Below are positions 28,945-37,873 of a DNA stretch of 64,000 nt, piece after piece. The notes under the pieces were generated by a model that made no database searches, was not told the origin of the DNA, and was given only the letters and a program-made list of their open reading frames with translations. A program made the translations under genes and the position numbers. The first letter of the stretch is position 1; the number at the start of each line of letters is the position of its first letter. The stretch lies in NCBI GenBank assembly GCA_963828735.1, contig CAWHFW010000002.1, positions 576,001-640,000 of the forward strand. Reading direction: 5' to 3'. The stretch comes from an uncultured Gemmatimonadales bacterium (GTDB lineage Bacteria > Gemmatimonadota > Gemmatimonadetes > Gemmatimonadales > GWC2-71-9).

Positions 28945-30231
28945 GTGACCTGCAGGGCGTTCCGCTCCTTCCTGCGGTATCAGTTGTGCCCCGCCATCGC
29001 GGCCGCGGCCTTGCTCTTGTCGGCCTCCCGTGCGCGAGCCCAGCAGCCGTCGGCCGACAGCACACGGTTAGCCGCCGACAGCACCCAGGCATCCGCCGAC
29101 AGCACGGAGGCGTCCGTTCCGCAACGGGACGTCATGGACATTCTGGCGCAGATTCTCCACGGCAAGCCGGAAAAGCCCACCGTCGGCGCCCCTCCGGGGT
29201 TGGTGCTCACGCTGCTTCCCGCGTTCTCGGTCAACCCATCGACCGGACTGCTCGTCGGTGTCGCGGTCAATGCCCTCAAGCGCCTTGGTCCACCCGAAAC
29301 CACCAATTCGTCCACCGCCTCGCTGTCGGTCAACTACACGACCAAGCAGCAGTTCAACGTCCTGGCCCGGTCCAACGTCTTCGGCAGCGGCAACAGCTTC
29401 CTGTTGCAGGGCGACTGGCGCTACCTGGACACCTCGCAGCCGACCTACGGCCTCGGACCCGCCCTGCCCGACGACCAGAAGGATGACCTGCAGTACAAGC
29501 TGATCCGGATCTACCAGACGGCGTACCGGCCGGTAACCGGTCAGCTCATGATGGGCTTCGGCTATCACCTCAACGACTACTTCAACATCGTGGACTCGAA
29601 GGCGGAGCAGGGCCTCCCATCGCCGCTGCTCGACTACAACGGCGGTCAGAAGGTGACCACGATGATCTCGTCTGGTCTCTCTGCCGGCCTCGTGTTCGAC
29701 AACCGCGACAATCCGATCTACGGGACTCAAGGCATCTTCATGTCCGCGAGCTTGCGGATGTTTCCCACCTGGCTGGGCAGCGACAACACCTGGCAAAGCT
29801 TCCAGGCGGAGCTCCGGACCTATGGCCGGCTCGATCGTGCGGGGCGGCACGTTTTCGCCACCTGGACCACGACATGGTTCACCTTCGGCTCACCGCCTTA
29901 TCTGGAGCTGCCCGCGATCGGCTGGGATACCTACGCGCGCAGCGGACGGGGCTATCCGCAGGGTCGCATCCGGGGTAACAATCAGATCTATTTGGAGGGG
30001 GAGTATCGTGTGACGTTGTCTGCGGACGGATTCTGGGGAGCGGCAGCCTTCCTGAATCTGCTCTCCACCAGCGATCCGACTACGGGAGCCTTCCAGCGCG
30101 TCGATGCAGGCGGGGGAGTGGGCCTGCGGATCAAGCTCAACAAGCACTCGTCAACGAACATCACGCTCGACTACGGGTTCGGGGCGCACGGCTCGAACGG
30201 CCTGTTCATGGGAACCGGCGAGGCCTTTTAG
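28945..30231 (+). CDS. Omp85-family outer membrane beta-barrel lacking POTRA domains
   Basis: Signal peptide, ADST repeats, FDNRDNPI, SGRGYPQGRIRG lid loop, GGGVGLR and terminal GEAF. The GTG start is inferred. Confidence 0.8.
   Translation: MTCRAFRSFLRYQLCPAIAAAALLLSASRARAQQPSADSTRLAADSTQASADSTEASVPQRDVMDILAQILHGKPEKPTVGAPPGLVLTLLPAFSVNPSTGLLVGVAVNALKRLGPPETTNSSTASLSVNYTTKQQFNVLARSNVFGSGNSFLLQGDWRYLDTSQPTYGLGPALPDDQKDDLQYKLIRIYQTAYRPVTGQLMMGFGYHLNDYFNIVDSKAEQGLPSPLLDYNGGQKVTTMISSGLSAGLVFDNRDNPIYGTQGIFMSASLRMFPTWLGSDNTWQSFQAELRTYGRLDRAGRHVFATWTTTWFTFGSPPYLELPAIGWDTYARSGRGYPQGRIRGNNQIYLEGEYRVTLSADGFWGAAAFLNLLSTSDPTTGAFQRVDAGGGVGLRIKLNKHSSTNITLDYGFGAHGSNGLFMGTGEAF
29053..29105 (+). repeat. Three copies of GCCGACAGCAC at 21-nt period, encoding ADST
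   Basis: Copies at 29053, 29074 and 29095. Confidence 0.8.
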
Positions 30232-33080
30232 CCTGACGCGGTCATGACCGGCTCCCCCTGCAGGGCCAGGTGGAAGGTCGCGCCTCCCTCCTGGTTGTTG
30301 TTCGCCCAGAGCCGACCCCCGTGGGCGTTGACGATCGATCGACAAATGGCGAGGCCGAGGCCAAGCCCGTGCGGCTTCGAGGTCACGAACGGGTCGAAGA
30401 CCCGCTCCATCTTCTCTTCCGGAATGCCGGTCCCCTGATCCGCGACGGACAGCTCCACCAGACCCTCCTCGTTCGTGGCGGTCAGGATCGTTACCCGGCG
30501 CTCGCCCCGAGCCTTCGTGCTCACCGCATCGCACGCGTTCAGGAGCAGGTTCAACAACACCTGCTGCAGCTGCACGCGGTCTGCGAAGACCAGCGGGAGG
30601 GAGGGCGCGAGCGACGTATCCACCACGACCTTGCGCTGGATCAGGTCGCTGTGCACCAGCTCCAGCACCTCGGTGACCACGTCGTTGATGGCGAGGGCCC
30701 GCGGCTGGACGTCGCCCTTCCGAAGAAACGAGTGCAGGCGGTCGATCACGTCTCCCGCGCGGCGGTCGTCATGGGCGATGTCCTCGAGAATCTCGCGGAG
30801 CTCCGTCAGGTCCGGTGTGCCAGTGCGCAACAGTCGCTGCGCCGCCCGGGCATTGGCGAGGATCGCGGTGAGCGGCTGGTTGAGCTCGTGCGCCAAGGCA
30901 CCGGAGAGCTCGCCGAGCACGGCGACGCGGCTCAAGTGCGCCACCTGGCGGCGCTGGTCCTGGGCCTCCGCCTCGGCGTGTTTCCGCTCGGTGACGTCCC
31001 GGATGAAGACGATGAAGCACGGCTCGCCGCCCATCTCCACCGTGTCCGCGGCGATGACCGTCTGTCGCACCTCTCCCGACTTGGTCCGCAGCTCGAGGTC
31101 GTACTCACGCACGCGGCTTTCGGTGCCAAGCAGCCGCTCCAGCCCCTCATGATCTCCGACGGTGATGTACATGCCCAGCGCGACCGGCGTGCGGCCGACG
31201 GCCTCCTCGCGCGTGTGGCCGAACACGGCCTCCCAGGTGTCGTTGACCTCCAGGATCCTCCCATCGCCACGGCACGTGATCAGAATCGCGTCCGGGCTGG
31301 ACCGAAAGGCCTTGGAGAAGCGCTCCTCGGAGCTGCGGAGCGCCTGTTCGGCGTGCATCCGCTCGCTCACGTCCGCCGCGAACCCCACCATGCGCGAGAT
31401 GTTGCCCGCCTCATCCCTGAAGAACCGCCCGCGGTCCTCCACCCAGATGAGCCGCCCGTCCTTGCGGTACATGCGGTAGGTGAGGTGGAAGGTGTCCTCA
31501 GTAGCGATCACGCGCTCGATCTCCGCCTCAAACGCCGGTCGGTCGGCCGGGTGGATGCAGTCGACAAAGCCGCTGAGCCCGCCGCCCATCTCCGCCTCGG
31601 AGAAGCCCAGAATCCGGAGGAGATCACCGCCATAGGTCACGTCGTTGGTGCGGGGATCCCAATCGTACAGAAGCTGGTTGCTGGAGAGGATCGCGGCCTC
31701 ATAGCGGTTCTTCCACTCGCGGAGCGCGGCGTAGGCATGCCTGCGCTCCGTGACGTCCGCGTTCACGCCGAGCAGGCGAACGGGCCGGCCGAGGTTGTCG
31801 AAGATCGCCTTTCCCTTGGCCAGCACCCAGCGGGTCTCCCCGTTGGGGCGCAGGATCCGGAATTCGGTTTCGTAGGGCACGCCCTCCTCCACCGCCTGCC
31901 GCACCGCCTTGGACACGGCCGGTCGGTCCTCCGGGCTCAGCAGCTCGAGAAACGCGTCAAGCGTGAGATCGTGCGGAAGCGTGCCGAGTCCGAAGATCTC
32001 TCGGGACTTGTCAGACCAGGAGCCCTCGTCGCCGGTGATCTTCCATTCCCATGTGCCGAGCTGGGCCGCGCTCAGGGCGAGCTTGAGTTGCTCCTCGCTC
32101 TGTCGCGCTTCGGCCTGGGCCTGGAGCCGCTCGCGCAAGGCCGCGGCGAGCGCCATGAGCGGGACCGCGATTACGATGAGGAACGTCTGCAGCGACACGA
32201 CGTTCTCGGCCGGCGTGCTCGCGACGAATGGCCCGTCGCCGCCGATCGCGCCCCAGATGGCCAGCAGCGCGACGAGCAGCAGGCAGCCGCTCGTCGCGGC
32301 CGGGCCGAAGCGCACGGCGGACCACAGGAGGAACGGCAGCGGGGCGTACACCAGTGCGGGAGTGGTGTTGGGCCCAGCGGGTCTGCCGGTGAAGACGAAG
32401 AGGGACACCGCAAGGAGGCTCAGTAGCAGGACGCCACCTTCGATGATGCGCCTGGACGTGGCCCGGCGGAGGACGTTCAGACCTCCACTGCCCCAAGTCA
32501 CGATCAGCGGCACCAGGGTGAGCGTCGCGAGAACATTGGAGAACGACCGCAGGCGCCAGTTGTACCAGTAGCTGCCCGTCCCCCACGCGTTGAGCCGCAC
32601 GAATTCGGCATCCAGAAACGACGACACGAAGACGCTCAGGAGCGTCGCCACCAAAAAGATGCCCACGCGGCGGAAGGTGTCGAACCGCGCCGGTCCCTTG
32701 CCCAGCCAGCGAATGAGGGCGGCACCTAGCAGGGCCTCGGTCGAGTTGCTGATGAACCAGGACAGGACCATGGACAGCGGGATGCCGCTGCGCAACTCGA
32801 CGAACAGGTGGGCAGGGAGCGCCGCCAGGACGACCACCCACCACAGCCTGGTCGGCGTGAGCAGCAGGAGGGCCAGCAGTGTCGCGTTGGGCGGCCAGAG
32901 GGTAGAGACCGGGTGAGGATGCAGCGTGAGCGCGATGCCGATCTCAGCGGCGACGTAGTATGCGGCGCATACCAGCACCGCCATCGCCGCCGGATGGGCC
33001 ACGGACTCGGCGCGAGGTATGGCCGCGTCGGCCGGCTGCTCGCTCTGGGCCATCGCCGCTTCAGACACAATAGACTCCAT
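30228..33080 (-). CDS. MASE1-PAS-PAS-PAS sensor histidine kinase (FixL-like transmitter)
   Basis: MASE1 membrane region (LWPPNA), three PAS/PAC domains, H-box LAHELNQPL, N-box QQVLLNLLLNA, DQGTG and GLGLGL. Confidence 0.9.
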   Translation of the reverse strand: MESIVSEAAMAQSEQPADAAIPRAESVAHPAAMAVLVCAAYYVAAEIGIALTLHPHPVSTLWPPNATLLALLLLTPTRLWWVVVLAALPAHLFVELRSGIPLSMVLSWFISNSTEALLGAALIRWLGKGPARFDTFRRVGIFLVATLLSVFVSSFLDAEFVRLNAWGTGSYWYNWRLRSFSNVLATLTLVPLIVTWGSGGLNVLRRATSRRIIEGGVLLLSLLAVSLFVFTGRPAGPNTTPALVYAPLPFLLWSAVRFGPAATSGCLLLVALLAIWGAIGGDGPFVASTPAENVVSLQTFLIVIAVPLMALAAALRERLQAQAEARQSEEQLKLALSAAQLGTWEWKITGDEGSWSDKSREIFGLGTLPHDLTLDAFLELLSPEDRPAVSKAVRQAVEEGVPYETEFRILRPNGETRWVLAKGKAIFDNLGRPVRLLGVNADVTERRHAYAALREWKNRYEAAILSSNQLLYDWDPRTNDVTYGGDLLRILGFSEAEMGGGLSGFVDCIHPADRPAFEAEIERVIATEDTFHLTYRMYRKDGRLIWVEDRGRFFRDEAGNISRMVGFAADVSERMHAEQALRSSEERFSKAFRSSPDAILITCRGDGRILEVNDTWEAVFGHTREEAVGRTPVALGMYITVGDHEGLERLLGTESRVREYDLELRTKSGEVRQTVIAADTVEMGGEPCFIVFIRDVTERKHAEAEAQDQRRQVAHLSRVAVLGELSGALAHELNQPLTAILANARAAQRLLRTGTPDLTELREILEDIAHDDRRAGDVIDRLHSFLRKGDVQPRALAINDVVTEVLELVHSDLIQRKVVVDTSLAPSLPLVFADRVQLQQVLLNLLLNACDAVSTKARGERRVTILTATNEEGLVELSVADQGTGIPEEKMERVFDPFVTSKPHGLGLGLAICRSIVNAHGGRLWANNNQEGGATFHLALQGEPVMTASG

Positions 33081-33233
33081 GGAGGTGGGATTCGGCCACG
33101 GCCCCGTCCCTGCCCTCCCCTGTTGGCGACACAATCCCTCCGCGAGAACTTATACCGATCCTTCCACGGTGACCAGTTCGGACACGGCGGCGCGCCTACC
33201 GCAGGCTCCACGGCCGCCGCATCTTACCCTCCG

Positions 33234-33524
33234 ATGTCCTTCGACGACAACGATACCAGGCCCATCACCGACCTCCTGCTCGAGTTGCGCGCGGGCGACC
33301 GTTCCGCACTCGACCGGCTGTTTCCGCTGGTTTACGAGGAGCTCCAGCGGGTCGCCCACCGGCAGCTTCGCGCCGAGCGCGAGGAGCACACCCTGGGCAC
33401 GACGGGACTGGTCCATGAGGCCTACCTCCGGGGCGCGGGACAGAGCCGCTCCTGCTCGTCGGGGGCCGAGCGTCCGCGGCCGGCCGTCACGCGGCGGCTC
33501 GCGCCCACCTCCCTCTCGGATTGA
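33234..33524 (+). pseudogene. Truncated ECF-type sigma factor (TIGR02999-like), N-terminal about 65 aa only
   Basis: ITDLLLELRAGDRSALDRLFPLVYEELQRVAHRQLRAE...TLGTTGLVHEAYLR is followed by unrelated sequence from about 33430. Confidence 0.75.
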
Positions 33525-33592
33525 CGAAGGCCGAACCGCGCCAGCATGTTCCCCGGACAAGGAAGTGTCCAAGCGCCAAACAGAGGTGACTC

Positions 33593-34138
33593 ATGAGAAG
33601 ACTGCTCGGCGTGCTCGCCGCGTCCGCCTTGCTACCGATCGGCGTTCAGCTGGCGGCGGCTCAGGCGCCATCACAGGCCAGGCCCGGCCCCGAATACGAG
33701 CGGCTCGGATACTTTGTCGGCAAGTGGACCGGCGAGGGAGAGATCAAACCGGGTCCCATGGGGCCCGGCGGGAAGTTCACGTCCTCCGACGACTGCGCAT
33801 GGTTCGAAGGGCACTACAGCGTCGTCTGCCACTCCGAGTCCAAGATGCCGACGGGAGCCAGCAAGAGCATCGGCATCCTGGGCTACAGCGGGGAGGAAAA
33901 GGTCTACACCTACTACGGCGTGGACAACACGAACATGACCATGGCCAGCGTCCCTAAAGGCACCGTCCATGGAAACACGTGGACGTACAACGACGAAGGG
34001 ATGATGGGCGGCAAGAAGGTCAAGACGCGGGTCACGATCAAGGAGCTCTCACTCAAGGAGTACTCCTTCACGATGGAAGCGCAGGGTGACGACGGGAAGT
34101 GGATGCCGATGATGGAGAGCAAGAACACCCGGCAGTAG
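33593..34138 (+). CDS. DUF1579-like secreted beta-barrel protein
   Basis: Signal peptide and LGYFVGKWTGEG...GILGYS...YTYYGVDN motifs. Confidence 0.7.
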   Translation: MRRLLGVLAASALLPIGVQLAAAQAPSQARPGPEYERLGYFVGKWTGEGEIKPGPMGPGGKFTSSDDCAWFEGHYSVVCHSESKMPTGASKSIGILGYSGEEKVYTYYGVDNTNMTMASVPKGTVHGNTWTYNDEGMMGGKKVKTRVTIKELSLKEYSFTMEAQGDDGKWMPMMESKNTRQ

Positions 34139-34152
34139 CGGATGAGCAGGCC

Positions 34153-34196
34153 GAGGGGCCGGCGTCGCAGTGCGGCGTCGGCCCCTTCGATTGTTC
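34153..34196 (+). terminator. GC-rich hairpin, possible terminator
   Basis: GAGGGGCCGGCGTCGC-AGT-GCGGCGTCGGCCCCTTC followed by GATTGTTC. Confidence 0.5.
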
Positions 34197-34341
34197 TGGA
34201 ACCGCCGTGGAGGACACGGCCCCACCGGAAATGAGGGGTTTCACGGCGCAATCGGGCGTTGCTTGACAGAGGGGTTCCGAGCCGGCCGTGTATCGGCGCC
34301 GGCCTCTGTCGTGACTCGGGCGGTCGATCCGCCGGGAACAC

Positions 34342-35724
34342 ATGACGACGCTCATTCTTGCTACCCTGACCCTTCACCTCGGCGTCCTTCAGGGCCGCCA
34401 GAGCCCCGCGCCGATCCCGATGCGGCAGGGGGTCACCATCGTGCAGGCTGTGTCGGGCGACGGCTACCAGCGTCGAGACTATGAACCGGTAATTACGATC
34501 GGGTCCGCCGACGCGCGCGGCGTGACGTTGACATCGACGGCGTTCGTCAAGGATCGCGCCGGCGAGCGGCGCTGGCTCACCGTGCAGCGCACCGTGCCGA
34601 GCGGCGACATGGGCGGTGCGCGCACGCTCATCCTCGGCTTCGACACCGACGATCCCGAGCGCCTTCCCGGCACCACTGCGATCGGACCGTCACGGTTGAT
34701 CCTCGAGGAGCTCGCGAAGGGTGGTCGCGCCATGGTGACGGTAAAGCAGCACGCTGCCCGTCCTGCCTACACCGGCACCCTCGAACGGATCGAATCCGGC
34801 ACCGTCTCCTTTCCGGTCCTCGTCAACGGCGTGCGCGTCGCGCTCCCTGCCATCCACGCGCGCGGGCAGCTCCACACGAGCGGGGGCCTCCCGCCGTGGG
34901 AGTTCTGGTTCTTCGATCACCCGACCCAGCCGCTGACCCTGAGGGCGAGGTACGGCGCCGAGGGTCAGCATGAGGCCAATCCACCGGAGTGGAGCCGGCA
35001 AATCGTCCGCATAGATGTTCCAGGCGGTGTGCCAGGTGTCGGCGCGGACTCGCCTGAGCCGGGTGGCGGTCGCGGCAGCCGCGAGCTCGAGGCCGACAGC
35101 GGTGAGATCACCGCGGTTGCGATGGGCGGCACGCCGCGGCCTGGGGACGGGGCGGGATCGGGAGGAGGCGCGGTGCAGGGCGTCGACGCCGGCGCCGGCG
35201 GGGGAGCTGGCGGCGGCGCGGGTGCGGGAAGTGGCGCCGGGGCGGGCTCAGGGACCGGCTCAGGGGCGGACCGATCGGGCGCAAGAGCAGGCGCGGCGCC
35301 GGGCCCAGGAACTGGCGCCGGGCTGGGGGGAGGCGCGGGTGGATCGCTGGAGGGTGGGCTCGACATCCTCTGCCGCGTCCCGGTCCCGGGGATCTACTTC
35401 GAGTTCGATAGCGACGTCCTGAATCCGGCGTCCAGGCCCTGGATCCGCTCGATCGGCGGCCTGCTGAGCCGGCATCCCGACTGGACCGTCACGATCGAAG
35501 GGCATACCGACAGCACCGGTAGTGCGGGCTATAACCTCGATCTCTCCAGCCGCCGCGCGGCCGCGCTCAAGCAGAGCCTGGTGACGGAGCAAGGCATCGC
35601 CGCCGCCCGCCTGTCGACGCGAGGCTTTGGTCCGAATCGCCCGCTGGAATCCAATGCCACCGTGGAAGGACGCGCCCGCAATCGACGGGTCGAGCTGGTG
35701 CGTCCCTGCGATCCGACCCGCTGA
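34342..35724 (+). CDS. OmpA-C domain protein with unknown N-terminal domain and Gly/Ala-rich linker
   Basis: GIYFEFDSDVL, IEGHTDSTG, YNLDLSSRRA and GRARNRRVEL motifs. Confidence 0.85.
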   Translation: MTTLILATLTLHLGVLQGRQSPAPIPMRQGVTIVQAVSGDGYQRRDYEPVITIGSADARGVTLTSTAFVKDRAGERRWLTVQRTVPSGDMGGARTLILGFDTDDPERLPGTTAIGPSRLILEELAKGGRAMVTVKQHAARPAYTGTLERIESGTVSFPVLVNGVRVALPAIHARGQLHTSGGLPPWEFWFFDHPTQPLTLRARYGAEGQHEANPPEWSRQIVRIDVPGGVPGVGADSPEPGGGRGSRELEADSGEITAVAMGGTPRPGDGAGSGGGAVQGVDAGAGGGAGGGAGAGSGAGAGSGTGSGADRSGARAGAAPGPGTGAGLGGGAGGSLEGGLDILCRVPVPGIYFEFDSDVLNPASRPWIRSIGGLLSRHPDWTVTIEGHTDSTGSAGYNLDLSSRRAAALKQSLVTEQGIAAARLSTRGFGPNRPLESNATVEGRARNRRVELVRPCDPTR

Positions 35725-35734
35725 CGAGGCGAAC

Positions 35735-36253
35735 ATGTCGATGCTCGAGGTCCTGGGGCGGGAACGACGCCGCGTTTCACCCCGTCATCCCCTGCTCCGT
35801 CGTCTGGCCGGGCTCGTGCTCGCGATCGCCGCCTCGCAGGCCATCCCGGGACGACTTGCGGCGCAGCGGCGAACCGCCGAGGACACCAAGGCGATCGACG
35901 GATACCGCCTCACCATGCCGACCCTGCGCAAGGTGCTGCCCGCCCTGTATCACCCACAGGCGAGTACCTGTGAGCATCCCAAGGACCGGGACCCGCAGAC
36001 GTTGAGCCTCGATGAGATGACGAGCTCGCTCGAGCGATGCGCTCCGGTACGTGACGCCCTCAAGCAGGCCGGCGTGCAGCCACGGGAAGCGGCGCTGGCC
36101 TTCGCGTCGCTGCTGAGTACCGGACACCAGGTCGCGATGCAGGGCGGCCGGGCCAGCACGCTGCCGGGCGGCGTGTTGCGCGACAACGCCCTCCTCCTCG
36201 AACAGAACGATGCCGAACTCAAGCGGATCACGAAGACTGGAGCGCCGTCATGA
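35735..36253 (+). CDS. Hypothetical secreted protein
   Basis: RBS, signal-like segment and a Cys pair. ATGA-coupled to the next gene. Confidence 0.55.
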   Translation: MSMLEVLGRERRRVSPRHPLLRRLAGLVLAIAASQAIPGRLAAQRRTAEDTKAIDGYRLTMPTLRKVLPALYHPQASTCEHPKDRDPQTLSLDEMTSSLERCAPVRDALKQAGVQPREAALAFASLLSTGHQVAMQGGRASTLPGGVLRDNALLLEQNDAELKRITKTGAPS

Positions 36254-36909
36254 GACGATCTGTGTCACTTCACGTGTTCGCTCGCGTGTTGCCGCTGCTT
36301 CTCGTTCCCACGCTGGCCTACACGCAGACCCCCGCGCCGGCCGGGGCCGGCGCCACGCAGATCTGCCTCGCGCCGGCGACCGTGGAAACCGCGCCGACCG
36401 GCGTCGATCCCATGTCTGCCGTGCGGGAGACGTTTACCAGCTTCCTCACGGGGCCGTCGCTCGCCGTCACGCCGCTCCAGGCCCGGCTGCGCTCGCAAGT
36501 GCAGCAGGAGGCCAAGCAGGCCAGGTGCCCGTATCTCCTGCTCCCCACCATCAAGCACGAACGCAAGACCGGCGGCGGCGGCCTGTTCGGCAAGGTTGGG
36601 GCGGGCGCGGTACAGCAGGGCGCGTGGGCGGTCACTGGATCCGCCGGCTCGACGGTGGGGCGCGTGGTGGCCGGCGCGGCCGCCGGCGCGGCGACCAGCG
36701 CGGCAAACGACTACGCCCTGAACTCGCGCACCAAGGACGAGCTCACGCTCGCCTACCGGCTGGAGTCGTCGACCGGCGCGATGCTGGTGGAGAAATCCGA
36801 GAAGCGAAAGGCGAAATCGGACGGCGAGGACCTGCTCACGCCGCTCGTGCAGCATGCCGCCGAGGCGATCGCGACGGCGGCACAGAAGGCCGCGGAGCCC
36901 GCTCCATGA
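36250..36909 (+). CDS. Hypothetical secreted protein with glycine-zipper-like segment
   Basis: Signal peptide, a Cys pair and GRVVAGAAAGAA. Confidence 0.65.
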   Translation: MRRSVSLHVFARVLPLLLVPTLAYTQTPAPAGAGATQICLAPATVETAPTGVDPMSAVRETFTSFLTGPSLAVTPLQARLRSQVQQEAKQARCPYLLLPTIKHERKTGGGGLFGKVGAGAVQQGAWAVTGSAGSTVGRVVAGAAAGAATSAANDYALNSRTKDELTLAYRLESSTGAMLVEKSEKRKAKSDGEDLLTPLVQHAAEAIATAAQKAAEPAP

Positions 36910-37071
36910 GTGTTGGCAAAGGCTGCGGCTTCTCAAAGGCGACCGGATGCTCGCGACCGACCCAACCCGGCCTGACGCCCCCCGGCGCGGCCACCTCTGC
37001 CGGTGACCGGGCCTCCCCTGCCGTCACTCACCTGGCCCAGCCATGCCGCCGGCGCGCCCGCGTCCCCCGCG

Positions 37072-37605
37072 TCAGGGAAGTCTAGGGAGCACCAGCTTGG
37101 CGAATCGCTCGAGCCGCGGCCGGGTCGCTTCCAGCGGCTCGCCGGCATGGGCGTCCAGAGTGAGCGAGATGACCCGCGGGCCGGCATAGACAGCGAGCAG
37201 GCCGATGCGCTGGTACTCGTCGTTCGGCTTGGGGATCATGAAGAACGCGCGTTCCCCGATCCCCTGCACCGGCACCCGCGGCTCCTTGTTGACCTTGAAA
37301 ACCTCCAGTGTGCGCTCGAGGCTTTGGGCCGCCGTCGTGCCCTTCTGGGCCTCGTACACTTCCAGCGAGCCACCGGAGTACTCGCACCTCATGCCCCCCG
37401 CCATCGTCTCCGGCGCTGTCCAGAACTTGGCGAGCTCGGGCTTCTCTTCGGCCACCTGCTGCACTTCAGCGTTTGTGGCCAATGTGCACGCGTCGAGCGT
37501 CGCCTCGCGCCTGGCCACGGGGGTTGCCTGCGCGGCCAGCGCGGTGGCAATTGCGACGCTCGCTGTCATCCCGGGCACCACTTTGGAGGTCCACCATCCG
37601 TGCAT
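37072..37605 (-). CDS. Hypothetical secreted protein (DUF3558-like)
   Basis: GGAGG RBS, signal peptide, DACTLAT...C and VQGIGERAF motifs. Confidence 0.6.
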   Translation of the reverse strand: MHGWWTSKVVPGMTASVAIATALAAQATPVARREATLDACTLATNAEVQQVAEEKPELAKFWTAPETMAGGMRCEYSGGSLEVYEAQKGTTAAQSLERTLEVFKVNKEPRVPVQGIGERAFFMIPKPNDEYQRIGLLAVYAGPRVISLTLDAHAGEPLEATRPRLERFAKLVLPRLP

Positions 37606-37873
37606 ACCTGCCTCCCCGCTTTGAGTCGAAGCCACGATGCTGACCCTCTCATAACGCCCGCTCGGATGCATGACTCCCTCACGCGCCCGTGTGAAGAGTG
37701 GCGTCAGGCCGTTACACCGTTGAGCTGCGCTGCGTTCCCCACGCTCGATGTTTGTCACTGGCAAGCTTGCCCTCACGCCCGATCCTTGGTGGATTGCCCC
37801 CGGCTGAGGCTTTGCACGGCTATTCGGGGCGTCTTTGATGAGGCGACCTGACCGCACTCACCGGGGGCCCCGT

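Noticed and set aside
34263..34296. Perfect TTGACA upstream of the OmpA gene
   Set aside because: No acceptable -10 at 16-18 nt spacing.
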